Assembly: GCA_964016885.1 (NCBI GenBank)
Contig: OZ024757.1
Span: 35,836,001 to 35,900,000, forward strand
Direction of reading: 5' to 3'
Length of the DNA stretch: 64,000 nucleotides
From: Eledone cirrhosa
Lineage: Eukaryota
The notes below the pieces were generated by a model, which saw only the letters and a list, made by a program, of their open reading frames with translations, made no database searches and was not told the DNA's origin. The position numbers and the translations under genes were made by a program. Shown piece by piece: positions 27,019 to 39,519 of the stretch (positions are counted from its first letter, which is position 1; the number at the start of each line of letters is the position of its first letter).

Positions 27019-27190
27019 ATTTTTAGTGTCAGGTTTAAAAGAAAAATAGCGATTAGGTTTAAGTGTATGTATAGGTAGGTAATCCATAGTTTGCAGGTAA
27101 AGTGCACAAACCGATCTTGAATAGACAGTGTACACATCTCTTTTGAAATCAGGCTACTAAAAATGCAACACACACACACACACACACACA

Positions 27191-27304
<114 letters not shown>

Positions 27305-27713
27305 GGTGCGCTTTGCACAAACCTAATTGTATCTCGTTAACTTGGCCACCGCCAAAACTTCGATTTTACTAACCTTCCATTTGTCAATATACATATATAT
27401 ATAGACCTTAGAAATAATAACACATCTTTAAAGTCGTCATAGTGTATATATATATACATATATAGTCATTGTTCCCTTGCAAGCCTTCTACTCCATAAGG
27501 ATGGCGTAAGCACGAACAATGCTTGAGAATTCGCTGGTTATATGTCACCCAGTAGTAACCCAAAGCTCCTGTTGATGGTAAAAATCTGCCTACCAACAGG
27601 TTTCTTCTCTCTTTCTCTAATGTCATCGTCTTTTCTCTTTCTCTTCATATCGTTTGATGACAATATGCCTCCGCTCCATCATTTTGTAGATGTCACCTCC
27701 TACTAGAGATATT

Positions 27714-27798
<85 letters not shown>

Positions 27799-28356
27799 CA
27801 TATATATATATCGCTCTGACATATCTTTCCTTGTCTTGCTCTGTTTCTCTCTCTCTCTCACACACAACTCGTTCCCCGCCCCAATCCCCTTGTCTCTCTC
27901 TCCCCCTCATCCCTCTGTTTCTGCTTCGTTCTCAATGCTGCCAATGCCTGCTACATACAAACCCGTCCACTACCATATTTTCAAAGTGTTGAGATGTGTT
28001 GAGTTTGGGAAGAGGAGAAAGAGGAAGATCAACGAACTCTAGATAGAGAGGTGGATAGGTAAATAAGAAGGGAGATAGATATATTAGAAAGGTAGACAGA
28101 TGAGTGAATGTGTGTCAGCGCAAATGCCCGATGTAGTTGTCAATCGACTAGAGTACCTTATGTATCTTTACAAAAGAAAGGTTGGCTGCCTTTAAACAAT
28201 TTCTCAGTTACCCACAACTCCTAGGGTGTGTCCTACACACTGGCTACATCCAGCCACATTAGCTTTCGACACATTCTTAATGTATAAAATGTGTCGACTG
28301 TTGCTGTGTAATTTTTTTTAAAAATCTAGCTGTTGCTGTGCAATTCTGCTGCAGTT

Positions 28357-29320
28357 TGGTGTGTTAGACATAGATGTGTTGTGTTGAACAGGTGTGTTAG
28401 ACATCGATGTGTTGTGTTGAACAGGTGTGTTAGACATAGATGTGTTGTGTTGAACAGGTGTGTTAGACATAGATGTGTTGTGTTGAACAGGTGTGTTAGA
28501 CATAGATGTGTTGTGTTGAACAGGTGTGTTAGACATAGATGTGTTGTGTTAAACAGATGTGTTAGACATAGATGTGTTGTGTTGAACAGGTGTGTTAGAC
28601 ATAGATGTGTTGTGTTGAACAGGTGTGTTAGATGTAGATGTGTTGTGTTGAAAAGGTGTGTTAGACATAGATGTGTTGTGTTGAACAGGTGTGTTAGACA
28701 TAGATGTGTTGTATTGAACAGGTATGTTAGATAAAGATGTGTTGTGTTGAACAGGTGTGTTAGACATAGTGTTGTGTTGAACAGGTGTGTTAGACATAGA
28801 TGTGTTGTGTTGAACAGGTGTGTTAGACATAGATGTGTTGTGTTAAACTGGTGTGTTAGACATAGATGTGTTGTGTTGAACAGGTGTGTTAGACATAGAT
28901 GTGTTGTGTTGAACAGGTGTGTTAGATGTAGATGTGTTGTGTTAAACTGGTGTGTTAGACATAGATGTGTTGTGTTGAACTGGTGTGTTAGACATAGATG
29001 TGTTGTGTTGAACAGGTGTGTTAGACATAGATGTGTTGTGTTGAACAGGTGTGTTAGACATAGATGTGTTGTGTTGAACAGGTGTGTTAGACATAGATGT
29101 GTTGTGTGTGTGTTAGTATAGGTGTGTTAAAATAGATAACTGTGTGTGTGTGTTAGTGTAGGTGTGTTAAAATAGATAGCTGTGTGTGTGTGTTAGTGTA
29201 GGTGTGTTAAAATAGATAGCTGTGGGTGTGTGTTAAAATAGATAGCTGTGTGTGTGTGTGTGTGTTAGTCTAGGTGTGTTAAAATAGATAGCTGTGTGTG
29301 TGTGTTAGTATAGGTGTGTT
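28357..29320. repeat. 33-bp minisatellite (~23 copies) grading into ~40-bp units
   Basis: Unit ggtgtgttagacatagatgtgttgtgttgaaca. Confidence 0.95.
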
Positions 29321-29535
29321 AACAACTGAAATTGCCTGTTAATATAATACACGTGTTGTATTGTGTAATATGGTCTGGTTCTGTTGTGTTAATATAGGTG
29401 TGTGTAGGAAGGTGTGTGTTTCTTTTTCTGTGTCTGAGATGTGTATTATTTGTACAGACAATACATATAGTGAAGTGTTCACATTGTCTATGTATAATGA
29501 TGTTGTGCACGACTTTGACCTGCTAAGGGCCTAAA

Positions 29536-30165
29536 CCAGAGATGGGGAACATGTGGCCATCTATGCCATTCTGTGCAGCCCTTTCAAAGATCAGATTTCA
29601 AACAAATTCATATTTACGTTTTTGCCTATCTGTTATTTTAATTTAAACCATAAGATGAATATATTTTAAATACTAAAGAATAAAAGAAAATTCAACGAAA
29701 TAATCCACACTGACAGACAGAATTAAAACATTAGTAGATCATAAGGACCATTTCTGGACTTTCTATACTTATGTTCTAATGTGATTCTAGAATGTACATT
29801 AAATTCCTACTTGACTGGAGCTACTATCACCTGAGGCTGGTTGGTGAGAACCCACTGGAATTTAGCATTCCAGTGATTATCAATGTTTGATAAATATGTA
29901 TGTGGATTTCAATTTGAAGTAGAATTTAAAATAGTTACACAACTTGACCATATATTCATATTTGTTTTATTATTTTGAGCATCACACTCAAGGCATCACA
30001 CACAAGTTAGCATTTCAACCTCACCTAGTTGATAGCTCCCAAATAATTACAGATGGAATTGATTGAGCTCTATGAAGATGATATTATAAAGTCCTTAATT
30101 GACGCTAAGAGAGATCTGATTGAGATATGAAAAAATGCAATAGAATACCCATAACTTTGGCAATA
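29536..30165 (+). mobile_element. hAT (Charlie/GTF2IRD2-like) transposon relic
   Basis: 5' end ccagagatggggaacatgtggcc; decayed transposase peptide LQMELIELYEDD at about 30045-30090. Confidence 0.55.
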
Positions 30166-30167
30166 TA

Positions 30168-30609
30168 TCATCATTTTACGTCCGCTTTTCCCTGCTTGCA
30201 AGGGTGGGACGGGAACTGATTCTGGCTTGATTTCTACAGCTGGATGCCCTTCCTAATACCAACCTCATTTACAGTGAGTGCTGAGTGCTTTTCTGAGATG
30301 ATAGGGACCCCAGTCCCTATCATCTCATTTCTACAGCTGAGTAAACTCTGGAGCAATGTGAAATAAAGTGTCTTGCTCAAGAAAACAACACATCACCCAG
30401 TCTGAGAATTGAACTCACAACCTTTCGATTGCAAGCCCAATGCTCATTCCACTGCAAAGTGGTCGTGGAGGTGCCACGTCAAAAAAAAAAGCACCCAGCC
30501 CACACTGTAAATGAGGTTGGTATTAGGAAGGGCATCCAGCTGTAGAAATCAAGACAGAATCAGTTCCCGTCCCACCCTTGCAAGCAGGGAAAAGCGGACA
30601 TAAAATGAA

Positions 30610-30610
<1 letters not shown>
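30168..30610. mobile_element. inverted fusion of two SINE family A pieces
   Basis: Minus copy at 30168-30447 abuts a plus-strand tail at 30448-30610; the tails are complementary. Confidence 0.8.
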
Positions 30611-30659
<49 letters not shown>

Positions 30660-30687
30660 CATAACATATATATATACATATACATAA

Positions 30688-31108
30688 CAGAGAAGACCCG
30701 CCTTACCTAAATATATAGTAAAACCTACTCCAGCCAGTAGGCATCTCTAACAAAATACACCCCGTCCCACCCCCACCACCCCCACCCCATCCACACCACC
30801 CCGTTCTATGTAAAGTTATGTTGGTGCCGCGCCATCGAGGCCGAAACAAATGAGATCGTGTAGGTGTCACGACAAAAAAACACACAGTCCACGCTGTAAT
30901 GTGGCCGTGTAGGCAACACGGTAAAAACCTCCCAGACCCACACTGTAAATGTGGTTGGTGTTAGGAAGGGCATCCAACTGTAGAAAACCTGCCAGACAGT
31001 CCTATGCGAGCAAGACAATCACTCTTGCCTCAAGTGGGACTACCCCCGTCCAAACCCATGCAAGCGTGGAACACGGACGTTAAACGTTGATGATGATGAT
31101 GATGATAT
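30688..31108 (+). mobile_element. RTE family 1 3' UTR
   Basis: gagaagacccgccttacctaa...ggaacacggacgttaaacg(tga)n. Confidence 0.9.
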
Positions 31109-31415
31109 ATAACAAGTATTACTATCGTGTGTAAGGTCAAAACTGTTTCATTGTTGAAAACTGTCAGCAAAGAGTGTGTGTGTGTGCATGTATATATATG
31201 TAAGAATTATATATCCATGTATACATGTGTGTATATATACAAATGTATTTCCTTAAAATGACTCAAAGAACCCTTGTTAGAGGAGAAAAATGGACATCAA
31301 ATGATCATATGTGAATATATATATGTATGTAAAAGGTAAACAGAAATAACAAACCAAATGACTCAGTGCATGGAAGAAATATATTAGTTTAATGCTTGAA
31401 ATAGCAGGAAGAGAG

Positions 31416-31451
31416 TCTTAACGTTTCGGACACTAGTCCTTCATCAGAAGA
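31416..31451 (-). ncRNA. minimal type I hammerhead ribozyme motif, family C
   Basis: Reverse complement: TCTT CTGATGA A GGAC-TAGT-GTCC GAAA CG TT^ AAGA. Palindromic ACGT stem III typical of dimer-acting PLE hammerheads. Confidence 0.8.
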
Positions 31452-31701
31452 AATAGAAATAGAAGATAAACAGAAAGTAAAGAGTGATGAGAGGAAGTAA
31501 CAGGGGATAATGAGAAAAAAAAATGGGGTTAAAAAAACTACACGTGCGTATTCAGTCAGCCATCTTGGATATATATATATACGTTGGTAGATATCCGTAG
31601 ATGAAAGATCAAGGAGAACAGTGTTCAATCTGTTGGAAGAAAGCTTATTTAGTATAAACATGTAACATGTATATGCCACCATTGGTTTCGAGGTCCAGTT
31701 A

Positions 31702-31804
31702 TGGATGAGGCACTTTGAAACTGGTCCTTCATTCAGGCACGTGGACAAAAATGTTTTTTGTCCACGTGCCTGAATGAAGGACCATTTTAAAAGTGGCACA
31801 TCCA
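31702..31804. repeat. hairpin: perfect 30-bp stem with 3-nt loop, imperfect extension to ~50 bp
   Basis: tggtccttcattcaggcacgtggacaaaaa-tgt-tttttgtccacgtgcctgaatgaaggacca. Confidence 0.9.
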
Positions 31805-33519
31805 ATATACAGTGGTGGCCATGACTGGACTCTGAAACCTATTGTAACACATACATGTTAAGCGTAGGAAATTTTGTTTATACTATATATGTATACGTGT
31901 GTGTGTGTCTGTTCAGTAGATGTTGTTTTGGTAAAAACGGGAGTAAACAGGAGAAATATTTGTATTGTGTAGTTATGGTGGAGATTCAGTATAAGAATAA
32001 CATTAAAAAAGATGCTGATATTACAAAACTCGTTTATTCATTATAATTATTTCAATGGTTCCCTTATGCAACCCAAGATGTAACGTATGCATTTGTTGTT
32101 GGTATGGGACGATATCTTCAGATGAAAATCTGATTATGTGATATGCTGCAGGCAAAAAAAAAAACAATAAAAAAACATGTTCTTCTTGGTGTTTACAATT
32201 TGTGGGACAACAAGGTGTGAATAACATGTCAATTAGCGATTCTGACTCTCCAAGACCATAGACTCAAGGTTGTAAATTATCAAAATGATATCTTTCTCAT
32301 ATATACAAGGGTATGGAAGTGGTTGAAATTGCTAGACATTTAGTCTAGGTCTGAATTTCGTCAGTTGGTGGGTGCAAAAAAAGCTGTGAGGGTGGGTGAT
32401 AGAACCACTGCTATGACAGCTACAACAACACTACTACAACCACAATGATAATAAACTTTTAACAACAACAATAGCCAGCCAAAACAATCACAAATAAAAC
32501 TAAACAGCCGTGACAACAACATTGACAATAGTAATGTGTACAGCCATGATAACAATGACAACAATAACCACAGTTATATATATATATATATACACAGATG
32601 TATGTGTATCTAAATATTTTATTATCATATATACATACTCGAGGTACTGCCTAGATTTCTATGCACGTCACATGATGTACAATTTAAAATATATACTGTA
32701 TTGTACAGGTAGGCTAAGAACATTCTTGACACATACTCGAAATATACAGGTAACTACTAATATTACATGTGTAGGCTTCTAATGAACTTAACTAATCTAT
32801 CAACTTGATTAATTATAAATTAACGTGCACAGGTATTTTCACCTTTACAAACAGGCCTGCTACCTGGTATACAACTAGCTGTATCTCCCAGGACAACATA
32901 AAACTTGTCCTTGTCTTACTAACGTTATTTCATCCCTAACATTTGTCTGGCCATTGGGGGTAATGTACACTGCCCCCCTCTCTCTTTCACACACACACAC
33001 ACTCGCTCTCTCTCTCACACACACTGTCTCTCTCTCTGTCGCACAAACACTGCCTCTCTCTCTCTCTCTCTCTCTCACACACATTGCCTCTCTCCCTCTG
33101 TCTCACACTGCCTCTCTCTCTCTCTCACTCTCTCTCTCTCACACACTTTCTCTCACACTGTCTCTCTCTCTCACACTACCTCTCTCTCTCACATTACCAC
33201 TCTCTCTCACACTACCACTCTCTCTCACACTACCTCTCTCTCTCTCACTCTGTCTCTCTCACTCTCTCACACACACATTACCTCTCTCACACACTACATC
33301 TGTCCCTCTCACACTAACTCTCTCTCACACTAGCTCTCTCTCACACCACCTCTCTCTCTCTCTCACACACCACCTCTCTCTCTCACACACCACCTCTCTC
33401 TCTCTCTCACACCACCTCTCTCTCTCTCACACACACTACCTCTCTCTCTCTCACGCTACCTCTCTCTCACTCCTCTACCACTCCCCTCTCTCACACAAAC
33501 ATGTATTAGAACTGTTTCA

Positions 33520-33565
33520 TTTCTGATGATTTCTTTTGAACGAAACAGTTCTAGTCCTGTAGAAG
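33520..33565 (+). ncRNA. type I hammerhead ribozyme motif, family B (weak stem I)
   Basis: TTT CTGATGA T-TTC-TTTT-GAA-C GAAA CAG-TTCTAGTC-CTG TA^ GAAG; short inverted arm at 33507-33518. Confidence 0.65.
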
Positions 33566-33839
33566 CCATTTCTATATTAAACTTGATACACGCATGGCTA
33601 TATCTGTGTGTAGTGGCTATATATATATATCTATAGTTATATATGTGTGTGTAGTGGCTATATATATATATCTATAGTTATATATGTGTGTGTAGTGGCT
33701 ATATATATATATCTATAGTTATATATGTGTGTGTAGTGGCTATATATATATATATATCTATAGTTATATATGTGTGTGGAGTGGCTATATATATATATGT
33801 ATAGTTATATATATGTGTGTAGTGGCTATATATATATGT

Positions 33840-35410
33840 TGCGCAGAGGGTTCTATAGAAATAGTGGACAGCTTCCGTTACCTGGGTAACAAAATCAGCA
33901 GTGGGGGAGGGTGCTCTGAAAGTACTGTAGCTAGGGTGAGAACAGGATGGAAAAAGTTCAGAGAGCTTATACCACTATTAGCCACTAAAGGGTTCTCCCT
34001 AAAAATGAAAGGCAGGTTGTATGATGCCTGCATACGAACAGCAATGTTGCATGGCAGTGAGACCTGGGCATTGTGTGCAGAGGATATACGCAGACTAGAG
34101 AGGAACGAAGCTTGCATGCTCCGCTGGATGTGTAATAGTAACATACGTGAACGGCAAAGCATAAGCGAACTAAGGAAAAAATTAGAAATAAGAGGGATCA
34201 GATGTTGTTTACTCGAGAGAAGGCTACGTTGGTATGGTCACGTGATGCGCATGAAAGAAGACAGCTGTATAACAAAGTGCAGGGCAATAAAGATAGACGG
34301 TAGCTACGGAGTAGGCAGACCCAGAAAAACCTGGGACGAGCTGATAAATTCCGACTTCACACACTTACACCTCTCCAAGACAATGTCACTGGACCGAGAC
34401 CTTTGGCGGTACTCAGTAATAGAGAAGACCCGCCTTACCTAAATACAAAGTAAAACCTACTACAGTCAGTAGGCATCTCTATAAAAATGAAAGGCAGGTT
34501 GTATGATGCCTGCATACGAACAGCAATGTTGCATGGCAGTGAGACCTGGGCATTGTGTGCAGAGGATATACGCAGACTAGAGAGGAACGAAGCTTGCATG
34601 CTCCGCTGGATGTGTAATAGTAACATACGTGAACGGCAAAGCATAAGCGAACTAAGGAAAAAATTAGAAATAAGAGGGATCAGATGTTGTTTACTCGAGA
34701 GAAGGCTACGTTGGTATGGTCACGTGATGCGCATGAAAGAAGACAGCTGTATAACAAAGTGCAGGGCAATAAAGATAGACGGTAGCTACGGAGTAGGCAG
34801 ACCCAGAAAAACCTGGGACGAGCTGATAAATTCCGACTTCACACACTTACACCTCTCCAAGACAATGTCACTGGACCGAGACCTTTGGCGGTACTCAGTA
34901 ATAGAGAAGACCCGCCTTACCTAAATACAAAGTAAAACCTACTACAGTCAGTAGGCATCTCTAACAAAATACACCCCGTCCCACCACCCCCACCCCATCC
35001 ACACCGCCCCTTTCAATGTAAAGTTATGTTGGTGCCACAACATCCAGGCCGAAACAAATGAGATCGTGTAGGTGTCAAGACAAAAAAAACACACAGTCCG
35101 CGCTGTAATGTGGCCGTGTAGGCAACACCTCCCAGCCCCACACTGTAAATGTGGTTGGTGTTATGAAGGGCATCCAGCTGTAGAAAACCCGCCAGACGGT
35201 CGACGCTGTAATGTGGCCGTGTAGGCAACACGGTAAAAACCTCCTAGCCCCACACTGTAAATGTGGTTGGTGTTAGGAAGGGCATCCAGCTGTAGAAAAC
35301 CCGCCAGACAGTCCTATGCGAGCAAGACAATCACTCTTGCCTCAAGTGGGAAAACCCCCGTCCAAACCCATGCAAGCGTGGAACACGGACGTTAAACAAT
35401 GATGATGATA
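33840..35410 (+). mobile_element. RTE family 1, 5'-truncated, with a ~480-bp internal tandem duplication
   Basis: ORFs 33729-34442 and 34487-34924 share an identical MKGRLYDA...EKTRLT; inserted in a gtgtagtggctatatatatctatagt satellite present on both flanks. Confidence 0.93.
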
Positions 35411-36304
35411 TATGTGTGTGTAGTGGCTCTATATATCTATAGTTATATGTGTGTGTAGTGGCTATATATATATCTATAGTTATATATGTGTGTGTGTAGT
35501 GGCTATATATATATCTATAGTTATATATGTGTGTGTAGTGGCTATATATATATCTATAGTTATATATGTGTGTAGTGGCTATATATATATATATATATAT
35601 ATAGTTATATATGTGTGTGTAGTGGCTATATATATATCTATAGTTATATATGTGTGTAGTGGCTATATATATATATATAGTTATATATGTGTGTGTAGTG
35701 GCTATATATATATGTGTGTAGTGACTATATATATCTATAGTTATATATGTGTGTGTAGTGACAGCACTTCTTCTTTAAAGTTCAGTCTGTTGTCAGTTGA
35801 TATAATTCTAGGTCAGGAAATATGTCTTTCTCATTTAGTCTGTTGGCTGTCTGTGTGTGGGTGTGCCTGTGTCTATATGTGTGTGTTTGCGGGTGTGCCT
35901 GTGTCTATATGTGTGTTTGCGGGTGTGCCTGTGTCTATATGTGTGTTTGCAGGTGTGCCTATGTCTATATGTGTGTTTGTGTGTGTGTGTCTGTGTCTAT
36001 ATGTGTGTTTGTTTGCGGGTGTGTCTGTGTCTATATGTGTGTTTGTGTGTGTGCCTATATAAATGTGTTTTTGCGGGTGTGTCAGTGTGTCTATATAAAT
36101 GTGTGTTTGTGCGTGTATCAGTGTGTCGGCTAAATATTTGTGAGTGTGTGTGTGTGAAAGCTAAATATTAGTGTGTATGTTTGGGCTAAACATTTGTGTC
36201 TGTGTGTGTGTGAAAGCTAAATATTTGTGTGTGTGTCTTTCAATAGGTGTGTAATTAACTCTGGGTGCTTTTATCGTATCCTGAATATCTGTTTTTCTGT
36301 TATT

Positions 36305-36607
36305 CTGGGTCCCAACAAAGCCCTTCACCACCAAAGACTGGGTCCCAACAAAGCCCCTCACCACCAAAGACTGGGTCCCAACAAAGCTCCTCACCACCAA
36401 AGACTGGGTCCCAACAAAGCCCCACACCTCCAAAGACTGGGTCCCAACAAAGCCCCTCACCTCCAAAGACTGGGTCCCAACAAAGCCCCTCACCTCCAAA
36501 GACTGGGTCCCAACAAAGCCCTTCATCACCAAAGACTGGGTCCCAACAAAGCCCTTCACCACCATAGACTGGGTCTCATCAAAGCCCTTCACCACCAAGG
36601 ACTGGGT
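36305..36607. repeat. 33-bp minisatellite (~9 copies)
   Basis: Unit ctgggtcccaacaaagcccctcaccaccaaaga. Confidence 0.95.
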
Positions 36608-36934
36608 ATTTGGGATATATAATTGTAGCACAGACATGTTTGTCACAAGTTGAGTTAAGATTTAATAGACATTCTTAAACCCCAGGTCATCCCTACCCCT
36701 AGCTGACATAACATTTATTTCAACCGTGACCATCACCACTTATCGGGAATATCTACGATTATATACACTCACAAACATACACATGTTGTGAGTGTACAAT
36801 TAGAATAAATATATACTGCCTATATTATATATATTTAATATATAATGTATATATATAATATATATCATTATAAGAAAGTGATTGAAATATATTCATACAC
36901 AGATAAATGTGCACTAAGACATATCAAAACAGAA

Positions 36935-37680
36935 CTAGAGACATTTGGGAAACAGAATGGAATTTCTACTTACTCCTTTCCTACACACTGAGCAAGGCCA
37001 TTTCCCAAAGGGCACCTGTGCTTTATTTTCCTTTCTACATACTAGAACGAACTTTAAGGCCTTTTAACTCTAGGCCATGCTTCCATGTTTGGAATTTCTT
37101 CTCTAGTTCAGCCATAGATTCGGCTGAGAGTTAGATTATCTGTATATAGAAGTTCCCATGGGCAGCCGGTCTTAAACTCTTCTGTTATAGCCTGTAGGGC
37201 AATAATAAACAGGAGGTGGCTAAGGACACCTACTTTTATGCTAAATTCTTCACTATATTAATTGTAATTCTAACCTTGCTGACTGTTCCTCTATACATGG
37301 CTTGTTTAGCTTGCACAAGCCATTCATTTAGTTTTCTAAGAGCCCACCAGATAATGGAGTGGGGGACTCTGTCAAAGGCTTTCTCCAAGTCAACAAAAAG
37401 TTAAGTATAGGGGTTTACTTTTAGCTAGGTACTTCTCCTGTATTTGCCGTACTAGGAAGAGAGCATCTGTGGTACTTTTACCTGACACAAACCCAAACTG
37501 CATTTCATCTAGATCAATTCGGTCTCTAATCAGTTGTGCGATAACTCTTTCTGTGACCTTCATGACTTGGTCAACTAATTTAATACCCCTATAGTTTCCC
37601 CTATCTAGAGCATCTCCTTTACCCTTGTAGCAGTTAATGATGCTGCTGTTACGCCAGTCATTTAGTATGACCCCATTCTA
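36935..37680 (-). mobile_element. decayed RTE family 1 RT (N-terminal RT domains)
   Basis: Minus translation YKGKGDALDRGNYRGIKL...QFGF...FVDLEKAFDRVP, then homology to 18900-19190. Confidence 0.85.
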
Positions 37681-37937
37681 TATTACTTGGTTTAATATCC
37701 GAGTGACATGTCCCACATATATACACACACAAATAATGTAGAAAGCTGAACTATCGGCTTTTGAAGCGCTGAGAAATATATATATATCATCATCATCATC
37801 ATCATCATCATCAGGTTTAGCGTCCGTGTTCCACGCTTGCATGGGTTTGGACGGGGGTTTTCCCACTTGAGGCAAGAGTGGTTGTCTTGCTCGCATAGGA
37901 CTGTCTGGCGGGTTTTCTACATATATATATATATATA

Positions 37938-37976
<39 letters not shown>

Positions 37977-37986
37977 ATATATATAT

Positions 37987-38205
37987 AGAAAGTGCTCAAG
38001 ACCAGAAATTCTATAAAGATAGCTTATAAAATAGGGTGAAGAAAACCCTAAAGACAGAAAAAGAAGTTGCTATCGGCTGCTATGAAGAATTGAACCCCAT
38101 CTCTCCCAGATACCAGCCAGTGGCAACTTCTTTTTACTTCTTTTATGGGCCTTCACTTTATCTTATAAGCTATCTTTATAGCATTTCTACACTTGAGCAC
38201 TTTCT
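37987..38205. repeat. imperfect long inverted repeat, pLTR-like
   Basis: agaaagtgctcaag..ctataaagatagcttataa..aaaaagaagttgc vs gcaacttcttttt..ttataagctatctttatag..cttgagcactttct; (TA)n flank. Confidence 0.8.
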
Positions 38206-38228
38206 TTATACTTATGTACACAGATGCA

Positions 38229-38570
38229 TGGAGGCACATGGCTTAGTGGTTAGAGCATTGGCCTTGCAATCGAAAGGTTGTGAGTTCAATTCTCAGACCG
38301 GGTGATGTGTTGTTTCCTTGAGCAAGACACTTTATTTCACATTGCTCCAGTTTACTCAGCTGTAGAAATGAGATGATAGGGACCGGGGTCCATATCATTC
38401 CACTGTAAAGTGGACGTGGAGGTGCCACGGCAAAAAAGCACCCAGCACTCACTGTAAATGAGGTTGGTGTTAGGAAGGGCATCCAGCTGTAGAAATCAAG
38501 CCAGAATCAGTTCCCGTCCCACCCTTGCAAGCAGGGAAAAAGCGGACGTAAAATGAAATGAAAATGAAAT
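38229..38570 (+). mobile_element. SINE family A, full length
   Basis: Near-identical to the 21082 copy. Confidence 0.9.
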
Positions 38571-39519
38571 GGTGCGCACACACATAATTAAGAGATGAAG
38601 CTTGTCAAATAGAATGGATACAGCTTCAGTTGTTTCATCACTCATTCAATAACCAATTAAGTCCATATTATTAAGATTCAAACCCAACTGGTTTGAGTGT
38701 ACACATACGTTAATCATTGAGGGAGACGACTTCATGTGGGTAAGATAATTGAGGTACCTGGACTGATGCAACAGTTTCTATGGTTCCGATCTGCTGGTTG
38801 TGTTCTGAGTGGAACAACCATGTGCATAATATAAGGTAATGTTAGTGTTGGTTGTTGTCTATCGTAAACGATGATGACATCTTCTTTATTGTTGTTCCCG
38901 TCTGCCGTGGGCACGAAGGTAGCTGTGGAGGCCAATCCTTGACTTGCAGGTCCGGGGACAGTGGGGGAAGGGGAAGAGACCGGAGTCGCTTGGGGCAGCT
39001 GCTGGTAATGTTCGTATACATTACGTAATTGGGCATATATATATATATATATATATATCATCATCATCATCATCATCAGGTTTAGCGTCCGTGTTCCACG
39101 CTTGCATGGGTTTGGACGGGGGTTTTCCCACTCGAGGCAAGAGTGGTTGTCTTGCTCGCATAGGACTGTCTGGCGGGTTTTCTACAGTTGGATGCCCTTC
39201 CTAACACCAACCACATTTACAGTGTGGGGCTGGGAGGTTTTTACCGTGTTGCCTACACGGCCACATTACAGCGTGGACTGTCTGGCGGGTTTTCTACAGC
39301 TGGATGCCCTTATATATATATATATATATATATATGCATATATGTGTGTGTGTATGTATACATATACAAATACACATCATCATCCCCATCATCATTATTT
39401 AATGTCCATTTTTCCTGCTAGCCAGGATTGGACGGGTCTTTATAGATAGAGTGGCTACTAGAGTGATTTCCCAGGCTGGAGGTTCACATCTTGCTTACAT
39501 ATGGTCCTACCGTGTACAT

